From positions 2,732 through 66,731 of the forward strand of contig DASUSZ010000130.1 of assembly GCA_036374815.1 (NCBI GenBank): 64,000 bases of DNA, given 5' to 3'. This document shows, piece after piece, positions 36,396 to 44,584 of this stretch. Every line of letters begins with the position of its first letter. Within the stretch, counting starts at the first letter, position 1. The stretch is from Vicinamibacterales bacterium. Its GTDB lineage: Bacteria; Acidobacteriota; Vicinamibacteria; Vicinamibacterales; UBA2999. Below the pieces are notes generated by a model that saw only the letters and a program-made list of their open reading frames with translations, had not been told where the DNA came from and did no database searches. The translations under genes and the position numbers were made by a program.

Positions 36396-38108
36396 ATGCA
36401 TCCCATCGACTGGGCGATTCTCGTCGGGGTGATGGCGTGGATCGTCTACGACGGTCTCAAGCGCACCAAGGGCCGCGACGAGCTCGAAGGCTACTTCCTC
36501 GCCAATCGCAGCATCCCGTGGTGGGCGGCGGGCCTGTCGGTGATGGCGACGCAGCTGTCCGCGATCACCATGATCGGCACGACCGGCCAGGGCTATTCGT
36601 CCGGCATGAGCTTCGTGCAGTTTTATTTCGGCCTGCCGCTGGCGATGGTGGTGCTGTCGCTGACACTGGTGCCGTTCTTCTATCGCGCACGCGTCTACAC
36701 CGCCTACGAGTACCTCGAGCGCCGCTTCGACGCGAAGACGCGATCGCTGACCAGTTTTCTGTTCCTGCTGCAGCGCGGCCTGTCGTGCGGCGTCATCATC
36801 TCGGCGCCGGCCGTGGTGATGTCGATCATCCTTGGCCTCGACGTCACCACGACGGCGTTCGTGATCGGTGTGCCGGCGATCGTCTACACGGTGTTCGGCG
36901 GCGTGCAGGCGGTGACGTGGACCGACGTCAAGATCATGGTGCTGATCGTCGGCGGCCTGCTGGCGACGGCGGTGCTGCTGGTCGTCGGCCTCCCCGACAC
37001 CGTGGGCTTTGGCGATGCGCTGCACCTGGCCGCGATCACGGGCCGGCTCGACACGCTCAACTTCACGTTCGATTTGAACCAGACCTACACCGTCTGGTCG
37101 GGACTGATCGGCGGCCTGTTCCTGATGCTGGGGTATTTCGGCGCGGACCAGAGCCAGGTGCAGCGTTACCTGACCGCGCAGTCGCTGCACGCGGCGAAGC
37201 ATTCGCTGCTGATGAGCGCGTACTGGAAGATCCCGCTGCAGGTGCTGGTGCTGCTGGTCGGCATCCTCGTCTACACGTTCTACATCTTCACGCCGGCGCC
37301 GATGCTCTTCAACAGGGTGCACGAAGAGCGCGTCGCGCGCAGCGAGCGCGCCGGCGAGTTCTCGCAGCTGCAGCAGCGGTTCGATGCGACGGTGGCAGCC
37401 CGCCGCGCCGCGGCACAGCAGGTGGTGACCGCCGACACTCCGGAGAGCCAGGCGGCGTACCTGAAACTGGATGCGGACTTGCAGGCGGTGCGCAGCGAGG
37501 CCGCCACGCTCGTCAAGGAAACGTCCGGCGATCGCAACTACAACGACGCGAATTACGTGTTTCCGACGTTCATCGCCACGCAGCTGCCGATCGGGCTGAT
37601 CGGCTTGATGATGGTCGCGATCATCCTCGCGGCCACGGACTCGATCGCCGCGGAGCTCAATTCGCTGTCGACCGCCACGGTGATCGATTTCTACAAGCGC
37701 TACGTGAAGACCGAAGCATCCGACGGACACTACCTGATGGTGTCGAAGTGGGCGACGGCCTTCTGGGGCCTGTTCGCAAGCATCGTCGCGATCTGGGCCA
37801 GCGAGCTGGGCTCGCTGATCGAGGTCGTCAACCGCTTCGGCTCGTATTTCTACGGCTCGATTCTCGGCGTTTTCATCCTGGCGATCGGCTGGCGCCGCGC
37901 CAACGGCACCGGCGCGTTCATCGGCGTGCTCGGCGGGCTTGGCCTGGTGATGTACGCGGCCTCGACGGGCATCTCCTTCTTGTGGCTGAACCTCGTCGGC
38001 GCGGTCGGCGTGTTCGTGATCGGGATGATCGTCAGCGAGATCACGCGAGCGGGGAGCGGGGAGCCGGGAACCGGGAGGCGGGAGCCGGGAACCGGGAGCC
38101 GGGCATGA
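36396..38108 (+). CDS. Sodium:solute symporter (SSF) family transporter
   Basis: Track ORF 36366..38108, trimmed to ATG 36396 (MHPIDWAILVGVMAW). It has about 13-14 TM helices and the SSF block YFGADQSQVQRYLTA. The C-terminal tail GSGEPGTGRREPGTGSRA is encoded by the heptamer repeat. Confidence 0.9.
   Translation: MHPIDWAILVGVMAWIVYDGLKRTKGRDELEGYFLANRSIPWWAAGLSVMATQLSAITMIGTTGQGYSSGMSFVQFYFGLPLAMVVLSLTLVPFFYRARVYTAYEYLERRFDAKTRSLTSFLFLLQRGLSCGVIISAPAVVMSIILGLDVTTTAFVIGVPAIVYTVFGGVQAVTWTDVKIMVLIVGGLLATAVLLVVGLPDTVGFGDALHLAAITGRLDTLNFTFDLNQTYTVWSGLIGGLFLMLGYFGADQSQVQRYLTAQSLHAAKHSLLMSAYWKIPLQVLVLLVGILVYTFYIFTPAPMLFNRVHEERVARSERAGEFSQLQQRFDATVAARRAAAQQVVTADTPESQAAYLKLDADLQAVRSEAATLVKETSGDRNYNDANYVFPTFIATQLPIGLIGLMMVAIILAATDSIAAELNSLSTATVIDFYKRYVKTEASDGHYLMVSKWATAFWGLFASIVAIWASELGSLIEVVNRFGSYFYGSILGVFILAIGWRRANGTGAFIGVLGGLGLVMYAASTGISFLWLNLVGAVGVFVIGMIVSEITRAGSGEPGTGRREPGTGSRA
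38052..38103 (+). repeat. Seven tandem heptads GGGAGCG GGGAGCC GGGAACC GGGAGGC GGGAGCC GGGAACC GGGAGCC (+GGG)
   Basis: Read directly. It is a direct (not inverted) array on the sense strand and ends 2 nt before the ATGA junction at 38105-38108. Confidence 0.9.
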
Positions 38109-38203
38109 ATCGCCCGTTGCTGATCGCGCTCTTCGCGGTGATCGCCGTGATGGTTGCGTCGTGGACGCTTGGCGAATTTTTGCGGCAGCGTAAAGATAAG
38201 TAG
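38105..38203 (+). CDS. 32-aa single-TM mini-protein downstream of the symporter
   Basis: Sequence MNRPLLIALFAVIAVMVASWTLGEFLRQRKDK. Its ATG forms an ATGA overlap with the symporter stop. It is visible as the last 32 residues of the alternative-frame track ORF 36437..38203. Confidence 0.45.
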   Translation: MNRPLLIALFAVIAVMVASWTLGEFLRQRKDK

Positions 38204-38207
38204 CTGC

Positions 38208-38226
38208 GGTCCGCTAAAGCCGGACC
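38208..38226. terminator. Short hairpin between convergent genes (GGTCCG-CTAAAGC-CGGACC), no U-tract
   Basis: Read directly. It is the only obvious structure in the 30-nt gap between the mini-ORF stop (38203) and the yciI-like stop (38234). Confidence 0.3.
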
Positions 38227-38233
38227 CTCCGAC

Positions 38234-38527
38234 CTACAGCTTGTCGAGCGCGTCTTTCCCGATCACCACGTTCCAGCAAAGCAACTCGTACTGAACGACG
38301 CCCGCTTTGTAATACGGATCCGCGTCGCGTATAGCATCGAGCGTCTTCTGCGCGTTCTCGTCGTCGACGCGCAGCAGCATCATGCCGCCAAAGCGCGGAT
38401 CGTGCGGTCCGGCGGCGAGGAGTTTTCCCTCTTCCTGCAGCTTCCGCTGGAATGCGCGATGACCTTCCTGGTGGGCGACTACCTCTTCAATAGGGCGGCG
38501 ATAGCGGATCAGCGCGAGCGCATACAT
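38234..38527 (-). CDS. YciI-family protein
   Basis: Track ORF 38234..38551. The pattern MYALALIRYRRPIEEVVAHQEGHRAFQRKLQEEGKLLAAGP...DPYYKAGV fits YciI-like proteins. I preferred ATG 38527 over ATG 38551 by analogy with typical N-termini. Confidence 0.8.
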   Translation of the reverse strand: MYALALIRYRRPIEEVVAHQEGHRAFQRKLQEEGKLLAAGPHDPRFGGMMLLRVDDENAQKTLDAIRDADPYYKAGVVQYELLCWNVVIGKDALDKL

Positions 38528-38673
38528 CGGAACAGGATACCTGAATCCCATTAGCGGACACTTCCGAGGGCCCTTCCAACCGTTTCAATCCCGTAACCGT
38601 CAATTAGTCAGTGAGTTACGAGATCCAGCGAAGCTGGTACGGTCCTCGCTATAACGTAAACCCGAATAGCACC

Positions 38674-38925
38674 ATGGCACGACTACTCCCAGCGACCGAT
38701 CGGCCCAGACAGGCTCCCCGAAGCCGTTTCTGGCCACGTGTTTTCAAGACCGTCAGCGTGACGTCGATCACCCTCGCGCCGGTCGCGGCGATGTCGTTGT
38801 GGCTGTTGATGAGCGATGCCGTGCTCGCGGAAGAAGTGATGGAGCGCGGCGATCTCCTGCCGGTGGTCAAAGCTCTCGCGAAGGTGATCGGCAAGGCCGT
38901 CATGGCCGCGATGTCCGCTCTTTAA
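38674..38925 (+). CDS. Hypothetical small protein (start uncertain)
   Basis: Track ORF 38611..38925. Only the 3' two thirds has the high GC3 of local genes (from about ...KTVSVTSITLAPVAAMSLWLLMSD). It has one hydrophobic helix and no recognised motif. Its stop TAA is the first unit of the (TAAGCCCC)6 repeat. Confidence 0.3.
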   Translation: MARLLPATDRPRQAPRSRFWPRVFKTVSVTSITLAPVAAMSLWLLMSDAVLAEEVMERGDLLPVVKALAKVIGKAVMAAMSAL

Positions 38926-38972
38926 GCCCCTAAGCCCCTAAGCCCCTAAGCCCCTAAGCCCCTAAGCCCCTA
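38923..38972. repeat. (TAAGCCCC)x6 perfect tandem octamer plus partial TAG
   Basis: Read directly: six perfect units at 38923-38970. The first TAA is the stop of the plus-strand ORF. The final CTA (38970-38972) is the TAG stop of the minus-strand DUF5916-like gene. Confidence 0.95.
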
Positions 38973-41207
38973 GAACCTGAACGTCCGCACGATCTTCGCC
39001 GCGCCTCTTCGATCGAGCGTCTGAAGTCTTCGACCGGTCTCGAAATCCAACCAGTTCTGCGTCCAGATGAAGAAGACGTCGTTGCCGGGCTTCTGAATCC
39101 ACCGGAAGCGCAGCTGCCATCCGATCTCGCGGCTTTCAGAGTCGTACTGAATGTTGTTGCTCAGCGAGATCCACGGGCTGAACTGCGTGCGCGCGTCGAT
39201 GCGATAGAGCTTCGTCGTAAACGATCCCTGCGGCAGGTTGACGTCGTTGAACTCGCTCGACAACTGCACCGAGATGCCCGGCCGCGGCCGCAGCGTGAGA
39301 TCGAGATTCAACTCGCGCCGATCGCCGTTCCAGAAATCGCCGAACGAAAACTCGACGCGGCCCGACAGCGCGCGATGCTCGGCGCCGTCGTAGACGAACT
39401 GGTAGCGCAGCCAGTCGTAGCTGCTGCCGGCCGGCAGGATTACACCGTCGCTGATCTCGAACTCCTCGTCGAGGTTCTCGGTCTGCTTGAACATCTGGAA
39501 CTCGATGCTGTCGCCGCTGTGGAATTCGATCTCCATCGGCGTCAGCTGCACGTTGCGATCGATCACCTGGTTGTCGAGATTCAGGTTGATGTCGGCGCCG
39601 GTGCTGATCTCGATGCCGCGGATCCAGCGATGGCCGCTGAAGCGCGGCGACCAGTTGAACTCCGGGTTCCAGCTGCGATAGTCGCGCCGCGGCGTGAAGC
39701 CGATCGCCGGATCGTAGGCGGGCTGCACTTCCCTGAACGACATCTCCGCGCGATACGGGTCCTTCGACACGCTGCCGTGCCAGCCGTAGGAATAGCTGGG
39801 ACCTTCAGGTGGCGTCAGACCGTCTTCGGAAATGAACCGGGGTTTCGAGGTGTGCACGAACCAGGCGCCGGAGTCGAGCGTCGACCCGCGGATGAAATCG
39901 GGCGTGGCGATGGTCACATCGGCGCCCGCCGTATGGCGCGCGTCGACGAGCGAATCGCGCGGCGCCCGCCGCGTGTAGATCGCGCCCGCGCTCGACTGGC
40001 TGCCGAATCGCCGCCGCACCCGCGCCACGGTGAAGTCCTCTCCCTTCAACTGCACGGGCAGGTTGCCGCGCTCGAACTCCTCTTCGCTCGTGCTGACGTG
40101 TAGAAAGCCGATGTCCTGCCGTCCGAGCTGTCCGACCAGCTTCGCACCGTAGAGAATCGGCTGCGGCGCGCCGGCGTTGAGACCGATGCGGCGGCTGAAG
40201 AACGGGCTCTCATCGCCGCCGGGGAACTCGAAGAAGTTCGAGCCGTCGAGAAAGAACTCGCGCTTCTCAGGAAAGAACAACGGAAAGCGCGTCAGGTTGG
40301 TCCGCCGCTCATCGACTTCCGTCTCGGCAAAGTCGGTGTTGACGGTGAAGTTCGCCTTGAGCGACGGCGTCACGTTGTAGAACACGTCGAGGCCGGCGTC
40401 CGCGTCGCCATCGGTATCGGGCGAGTTTCTTCCCGGCGCGTTACCCGCCGCGCCAAGCAGATACGGTTTGAGGTCGAGTCCGATCCCCTGCGAGATGCCG
40501 CTGATGCCGGCGACCCGTCCCGCGTTCGACATCCGCGTCAGGCCCTCATCGCGCAGCCATCCGGTCCACAGGCTTTCTTCGTTCTTGCGCTTCACCGTGC
40601 GCTGAAAGTTGGCGCCCCACGTATCGGTGTCGGGATTGAAGTTCACCGTCTTGAACGGCACTTCGATTTCCGCCGTCCACCCCGCGCCCGTGCGCCGCAC
40701 CCGCGCCAGCCAGATGCCGTCCCACGATTTCTCCATCTCGCCGCCGAAGCCGCGCCCGCCGGTCGGGCTCGTGATCAGTCCGTCGCCCATCGCGCCCGAC
40801 GGATTGATCTCGAAGAAGTAACCGGTGCGGCCGTCGAGAAACGGATCGATCGTGAACATGAATCGATCGTCGGCCTCGAATGGCTGATCGCGCTGCATCT
40901 GGTTGCCGAGCAGCTGGTCCGGCTCCGAGTCGAAGCACGTAACGCCGAGGATGATCCGATCGCGATCGAAGACGACGCGAACTTCGGTGCGCTCGGTGGC
41001 CGGGGTGCCGTTGTCGGGATCGCGCTGAAGGAAATTCGTTGCCGGCGGCGCGTTTTGCCACGCCGCTTCATCGGGCGCGCCGTCGATGACGATCGATTCG
41101 CTCTCAGCAAGACGATGAGCGCGAATCTCCGGGCGCGTCGATTGCGCGGCGGTTACAGACACGCCGGCAAGCCACAACACCAGAGATACAATTACCCGGT
41201 TAATCAA
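38970..41207 (-). CDS. CBM9-like / DUF5916-like secreted protein (paralogue of 28010..30571)
   Basis: This is the 3' 745 codons of track ORF 38970..41711. The start is TTG 41207 (MINRVIVSLVLWLAGVSVTAAQS signal). It contains IVIDGAPDEAAWQNAPP...FLQRDPDNG...DPFLDGRTGYFFEINP...WDGIWLARV and ends KIVRTFRF. Confidence 0.8.
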   Translation of the reverse strand: MINRVIVSLVLWLAGVSVTAAQSTRPEIRAHRLAESESIVIDGAPDEAAWQNAPPATNFLQRDPDNGTPATERTEVRVVFDRDRIILGVTCFDSEPDQLLGNQMQRDQPFEADDRFMFTIDPFLDGRTGYFFEINPSGAMGDGLITSPTGGRGFGGEMEKSWDGIWLARVRRTGAGWTAEIEVPFKTVNFNPDTDTWGANFQRTVKRKNEESLWTGWLRDEGLTRMSNAGRVAGISGISQGIGLDLKPYLLGAAGNAPGRNSPDTDGDADAGLDVFYNVTPSLKANFTVNTDFAETEVDERRTNLTRFPLFFPEKREFFLDGSNFFEFPGGDESPFFSRRIGLNAGAPQPILYGAKLVGQLGRQDIGFLHVSTSEEEFERGNLPVQLKGEDFTVARVRRRFGSQSSAGAIYTRRAPRDSLVDARHTAGADVTIATPDFIRGSTLDSGAWFVHTSKPRFISEDGLTPPEGPSYSYGWHGSVSKDPYRAEMSFREVQPAYDPAIGFTPRRDYRSWNPEFNWSPRFSGHRWIRGIEISTGADINLNLDNQVIDRNVQLTPMEIEFHSGDSIEFQMFKQTENLDEEFEISDGVILPAGSSYDWLRYQFVYDGAEHRALSGRVEFSFGDFWNGDRRELNLDLTLRPRPGISVQLSSEFNDVNLPQGSFTTKLYRIDARTQFSPWISLSNNIQYDSESREIGWQLRFRWIQKPGNDVFFIWTQNWLDFETGRRLQTLDRRGAAKIVRTFRF

Positions 41208-41225
41208 GCCACCTATGATACGTGC

Positions 41226-42599
41226 ATGCCCTCGCTGACGTTTCTCGGAGCCGCGCGGACGGTGACCGGCTCCAAGCATCTGCTCGAAGTCGATGGCCGG
41301 CGCATCCTGTTCGACTGCGGCTTGTTCCAGGGCTTGAAGGAACTGCGCCTGCGGAACTGGTCGCCGCTGCCGGTGCCTCCGGAAACGATCGACGCCGTCG
41401 TCCTGACGCACGCGCACATCGATCATTGCGGCTGGCTGCCGCGGCTCGTCGGCCAGGGCTTCAAGGGTCCGGTGTATTGCACCGGCGGCACGCTCGACTT
41501 GTGCCGGCTCGTGCTGCCCGACGCCGCGCATCTCCAGGAAGAGGACGCGAAGTTCGCGAACAGACGCGGCTTCAGCAAGCATCAACCGGCGCTGCCGCTG
41601 TATACCGAGGCCGATGCCGCCGAGGCGCTGTCGCGCTTCCGCACCGTCGACTTCGGCACGGCGATCGAAGTGATCAAGGGCATCACCATCGAGTTCATCA
41701 ATGCCGGCCACCTGCTCGGATCGGCGTACGTGCTCGCGCAGCGCAGCGACAAGAGCGGCGGACGCATCCTGTTTGGCGGTGATCTTGGCCGCTACTCGCG
41801 GCCGATCCTGCCCGACCCATCACCGGGTGTCGACGCCGACGTCCTGCTCGTCGAATCGACCTACGGCGATCGGGTGCATCCCGATGAAGACGACGGCGCG
41901 ACGTTGGCGCGCATCATCAAGGAAACGGTTGCCCGCCGCGGCAAGGTGATCGTGCCGGCGTTTGCGATCGGCCGCGTCGAGGAGCTGTTGTACTGGCTTT
42001 TCAAGCTCGAGGACGAAGGCCGGCTCGAGAAGCTGCCGGTCTACGTCGACAGTCCGATGGCCATCAAGGGCATCGCGTATTACAGCGCCCGCACCGGCGA
42101 GCTCGACAAGGAAATCCTGGCGATGCGCCGCAAGCTGCCGCGCTTCACCTCGATCAATTCAGCGCGCGAGTCGAAGGAGCTGGTCGAGCGCGACGAGCCC
42201 GCGGTGATCATCGCGTCGAGCGGCATGGCCACCGGCGGAAGGGTCGTGCATCATCTTTTTGCCGGGCTGCCGGACCCGCGCAACACGGTGCTGTTCGTCG
42301 GTTTCCAGGCCGCCGGCACCCGCGGCCGCCAGCTGGTGGACGGCGCCCGGCACGTCAAGATCTTCGGACAATACGTGCCGGTCCACGCCAGAATAGAGAA
42401 GATTGACGGCATGTCGGCACACGCCGATGCCGGCGAAATCGTCCGCTGGCTGCGGACGTTTCCGCGCGCCCCAAGGACGACGTATCTCGTGCACGGTGAA
42501 ATCGTTGCGCAGGACGCGTTGAAGGCCCGTATCACGAGAGAGCTCGGATGGAATGTAGAGATCCCCGCGCACGGTCTGAAGGTGGACCTGCCGCTGTAG
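41226..42599 (+). CDS. MBL-fold metallo-hydrolase with beta-CASP / RNA-specificity domain
   Basis: Track ORF 41055..42599, trimmed to ATG 41226 (MPSLTFLGAARTVTGSKHLLE). It has the HxHxDH motif (VLTHAHIDHCGWLP) and C-terminal MSAHAD. Confidence 0.85.
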   Translation: MPSLTFLGAARTVTGSKHLLEVDGRRILFDCGLFQGLKELRLRNWSPLPVPPETIDAVVLTHAHIDHCGWLPRLVGQGFKGPVYCTGGTLDLCRLVLPDAAHLQEEDAKFANRRGFSKHQPALPLYTEADAAEALSRFRTVDFGTAIEVIKGITIEFINAGHLLGSAYVLAQRSDKSGGRILFGGDLGRYSRPILPDPSPGVDADVLLVESTYGDRVHPDEDDGATLARIIKETVARRGKVIVPAFAIGRVEELLYWLFKLEDEGRLEKLPVYVDSPMAIKGIAYYSARTGELDKEILAMRRKLPRFTSINSARESKELVERDEPAVIIASSGMATGGRVVHHLFAGLPDPRNTVLFVGFQAAGTRGRQLVDGARHVKIFGQYVPVHARIEKIDGMSAHADAGEIVRWLRTFPRAPRTTYLVHGEIVAQDALKARITRELGWNVEIPAHGLKVDLPL

Positions 42600-44512
42600 C
42601 AACCGATCGGCGTTATCTCCTCGAACAGATCGAAGACGCCGCCGTCGTGCAGTTGTATGCCGACGGTTTCGAGAAGCTGACGCTCCAGGAAAAGACGCTG
42701 GTCTGGCACCTGTATCTGGCCGCGCTCGCCGGCCGCGACATTTATTACGATCAGCGCCATCGCCACAACCTCGGCATCCGCCGGATGCTCGAGCAGATCC
42801 TCCGCCACTCGACGGGCATTCCCGCCGCCACGCTCCAGGAGATCACGCGCTACACCAAGTTGTTCTGGCTCAACACCGGGCCGTATAACAACCTGACCGC
42901 GCGCAAGTTCCTGCTCAAGCTCGATCGCCAGCAGCTGATCGAGGCGATCGAGATCGCGGCGATCAACGGCGCGAAGTTCCATCTCGAGAAGGGCGAGTCG
43001 ATCGCCAGGCGCGTCGACGTCTACGCGCAGATATTGTTCGACCCCGACTTCGAGCCGATGGTCACCTGCAAGACGCCGGGCGAGGGACAGGACATCCTTG
43101 CATCGAGCGCCAACAATCTCTACGAGGGTGTGACGATGGCGGACCTCGAGGGATTCAAGGAGGAGAACCAGCTCAACTCCCGCGTCTCGAAGATCGAAGG
43201 CATCGTCATCGAAGAGGTCTATAAAGTCGGCGGCCTCTACGACAAGGAGATCAGCAAGATCGTCGGGCACCTCAACGACGCGATTCCGTTTGCGCCGGAG
43301 CCGTTTGCCAGGGCGCTGCAGGCGCTGGTGAAGTGGTACGAGACCGGCCTCGACAGCGATCGGCAGGCCTTCGACATTGCGTGGGTCCAGAATCGCGACT
43401 CGGCCGTCGACACGATGAACGGTTTCATCGAGGTCTACATGGACGCGCGCGGCATGAAGGGCGCGTGGGAAGGCGTGGTGTACTACGCCAATCACGAGAA
43501 GACCAGCAAGATTCGCGCGCTCGCCGAGCATGCGCAGTGGTTCGAGGATCACCTGCCGGTGGATCCGAAGTTCCGCAAGCAGAAAGTCGAAGGCATTTCC
43601 GCGCAGGCGATCGAGGTCGTGATCGAGACCGGCGACTCGGGGCCGATCACACCGATCGGCGTGAACCTGCCGAACGATCAACGCATCCGCGAAAAGTACG
43701 GCAGCAAGTCGGTGTCGCTGTCGAACGTGCTCGACGCCTATGAGCGCTCGATGCCCGACAGCTTCCGCCAGGAATTCGCGTGGGACGATGCCGAGCTCGA
43801 GCGGTCGAAGACCTGGGGTGCGTTTGCCGGCGAGCTGACGACCGAAATTCACGAAGTGCTGGGCCATGGCTCCGGACGCATGGCCGATCACATCAAGGTG
43901 ACGCCGCAGGATCTGCTGAAGGAGCAGTATTCAGCGCTCGAGGAAACGCGCGCCGATCTGGTCGCATTGTATTTCGTCGCGGAGCCGTATCTGGCGAAGA
44001 TTGGCCTGGTGCCCGCGGACGAGCAGCAGGCCGTGGTGCAGACCGAGTACGAAGCCTACGCGCGCAACGCGCTGGTGCAGCTGCGGCGCGTTCGCGTCGG
44101 TTCGCAGCTCGAAGAGGACCACATGCGCAACCGCCAGGCGATCGTGCACTGGCTGCTGGCGAACACCAGGTCGATCGACGTGCGCAAGCGCGAGGGCAAA
44201 ACCTACTTCGTGGTGATCGACTGCGACGCGTTCCGCGACGGCGTGGCGCGGCTGCTCGCCGAGGTGCAGCGCATCAAGTCCGAAGGCGACTACGCGAAGG
44301 CGAAGGAGCTGTTTGAAACCTACGGCGTGCACTTCGATCCCGACATGCGCGACGAGATCGTCGCGCGCGTCGAGCACCTGAACATGCCGTCGTACACCGG
44401 TTTCGTGATGCCGAAGCTGGAGCCGGTAATGGACGGCAAGAAGATCACCGACGTAAAAATTTCGTACCCGTGTGACCTGACGGCCCAAATGCTCGAGTAT
44501 TCCGAGTTGTGA
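42548..44512 (+). CDS. Peptidase family M49 (dipeptidyl-peptidase III-like) protein; start uncertain
   Basis: Track ORF 42548..44512. It has both M49 zinc motifs, HEVLGHGSG and EETRADLVALY. ATG 42548 overlaps the upstream gene by 52 nt with poor GC3. The next canonical start is GTG 42647. Confidence 0.8.
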   Translation: MECRDPRARSEGGPAAVATDRRYLLEQIEDAAVVQLYADGFEKLTLQEKTLVWHLYLAALAGRDIYYDQRHRHNLGIRRMLEQILRHSTGIPAATLQEITRYTKLFWLNTGPYNNLTARKFLLKLDRQQLIEAIEIAAINGAKFHLEKGESIARRVDVYAQILFDPDFEPMVTCKTPGEGQDILASSANNLYEGVTMADLEGFKEENQLNSRVSKIEGIVIEEVYKVGGLYDKEISKIVGHLNDAIPFAPEPFARALQALVKWYETGLDSDRQAFDIAWVQNRDSAVDTMNGFIEVYMDARGMKGAWEGVVYYANHEKTSKIRALAEHAQWFEDHLPVDPKFRKQKVEGISAQAIEVVIETGDSGPITPIGVNLPNDQRIREKYGSKSVSLSNVLDAYERSMPDSFRQEFAWDDAELERSKTWGAFAGELTTEIHEVLGHGSGRMADHIKVTPQDLLKEQYSALEETRADLVALYFVAEPYLAKIGLVPADEQQAVVQTEYEAYARNALVQLRRVRVGSQLEEDHMRNRQAIVHWLLANTRSIDVRKREGKTYFVVIDCDAFRDGVARLLAEVQRIKSEGDYAKAKELFETYGVHFDPDMRDEIVARVEHLNMPSYTGFVMPKLEPVMDGKKITDVKISYPCDLTAQMLEYSEL

Positions 44513-44524
44513 AAGTAGCGAAAC

Positions 44525-44570
44525 GTGCCTGACACCAACCGACGCCCAAGTAGCGGTTGGTGTCAGGCAC
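44525..44570 (+). terminator. Perfect 17-bp stem / 12-nt loop hairpin, no U-tract
   Basis: GTGCCTGACACCAACCG (44525-44541), loop ACGCCCAAGTAG, CGGTTGGTGTCAGGCAC (44554-44570). It lies 13 nt after the M49 stop and 15 nt before the next ATG (44585). Confidence 0.45.
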
Positions 44571-44584
44571 CCACCGATACCAAA

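Noticed and set aside
36437-38104. 588-aa alternative-frame ORF over the symporter gene
   Set aside because: It is an R/G/D-rich shadow frame of the SSF transporter. Only its last 32 codons (38105..38203), which lie beyond the symporter stop and encode a clean TM helix, were kept.
38552-38673. Possible structured ncRNA/riboswitch in the lower-GC spacer upstream of the small hypothetical ORF
   Set aside because: Only short stems were found (CCAGC-GAA-GCTGG; GTAAC...GTTAC). There is no match to any riboswitch core I know and no clear promoter or terminator pair. The evidence is insufficient to call a feature.
38923-38972. Octamer arrays as a CRISPR array
   Set aside because: The units are 8 bp with no spacers between them, there are no cas genes, and the other two loci have only 3-4 units. 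These are microsatellite-like tandem repeats, not CRISPR.
38923-38972. (TAAGCCCC)n as a telomere-like replicon end or assembly artefact
   Set aside because: It superficially resembles C-strand telomeric repeats. However, it is flanked on both sides by ordinary, intact convergent genes whose stop codons lie inside it.
44525-44584. GTG-start extension of the cyclophilin ORF (MPDTNRRPSSGWCQAPTDTK...)
   Set aside because: It is simply the translated 17-bp inverted repeat. A proper signal peptide begins at ATG 44585.
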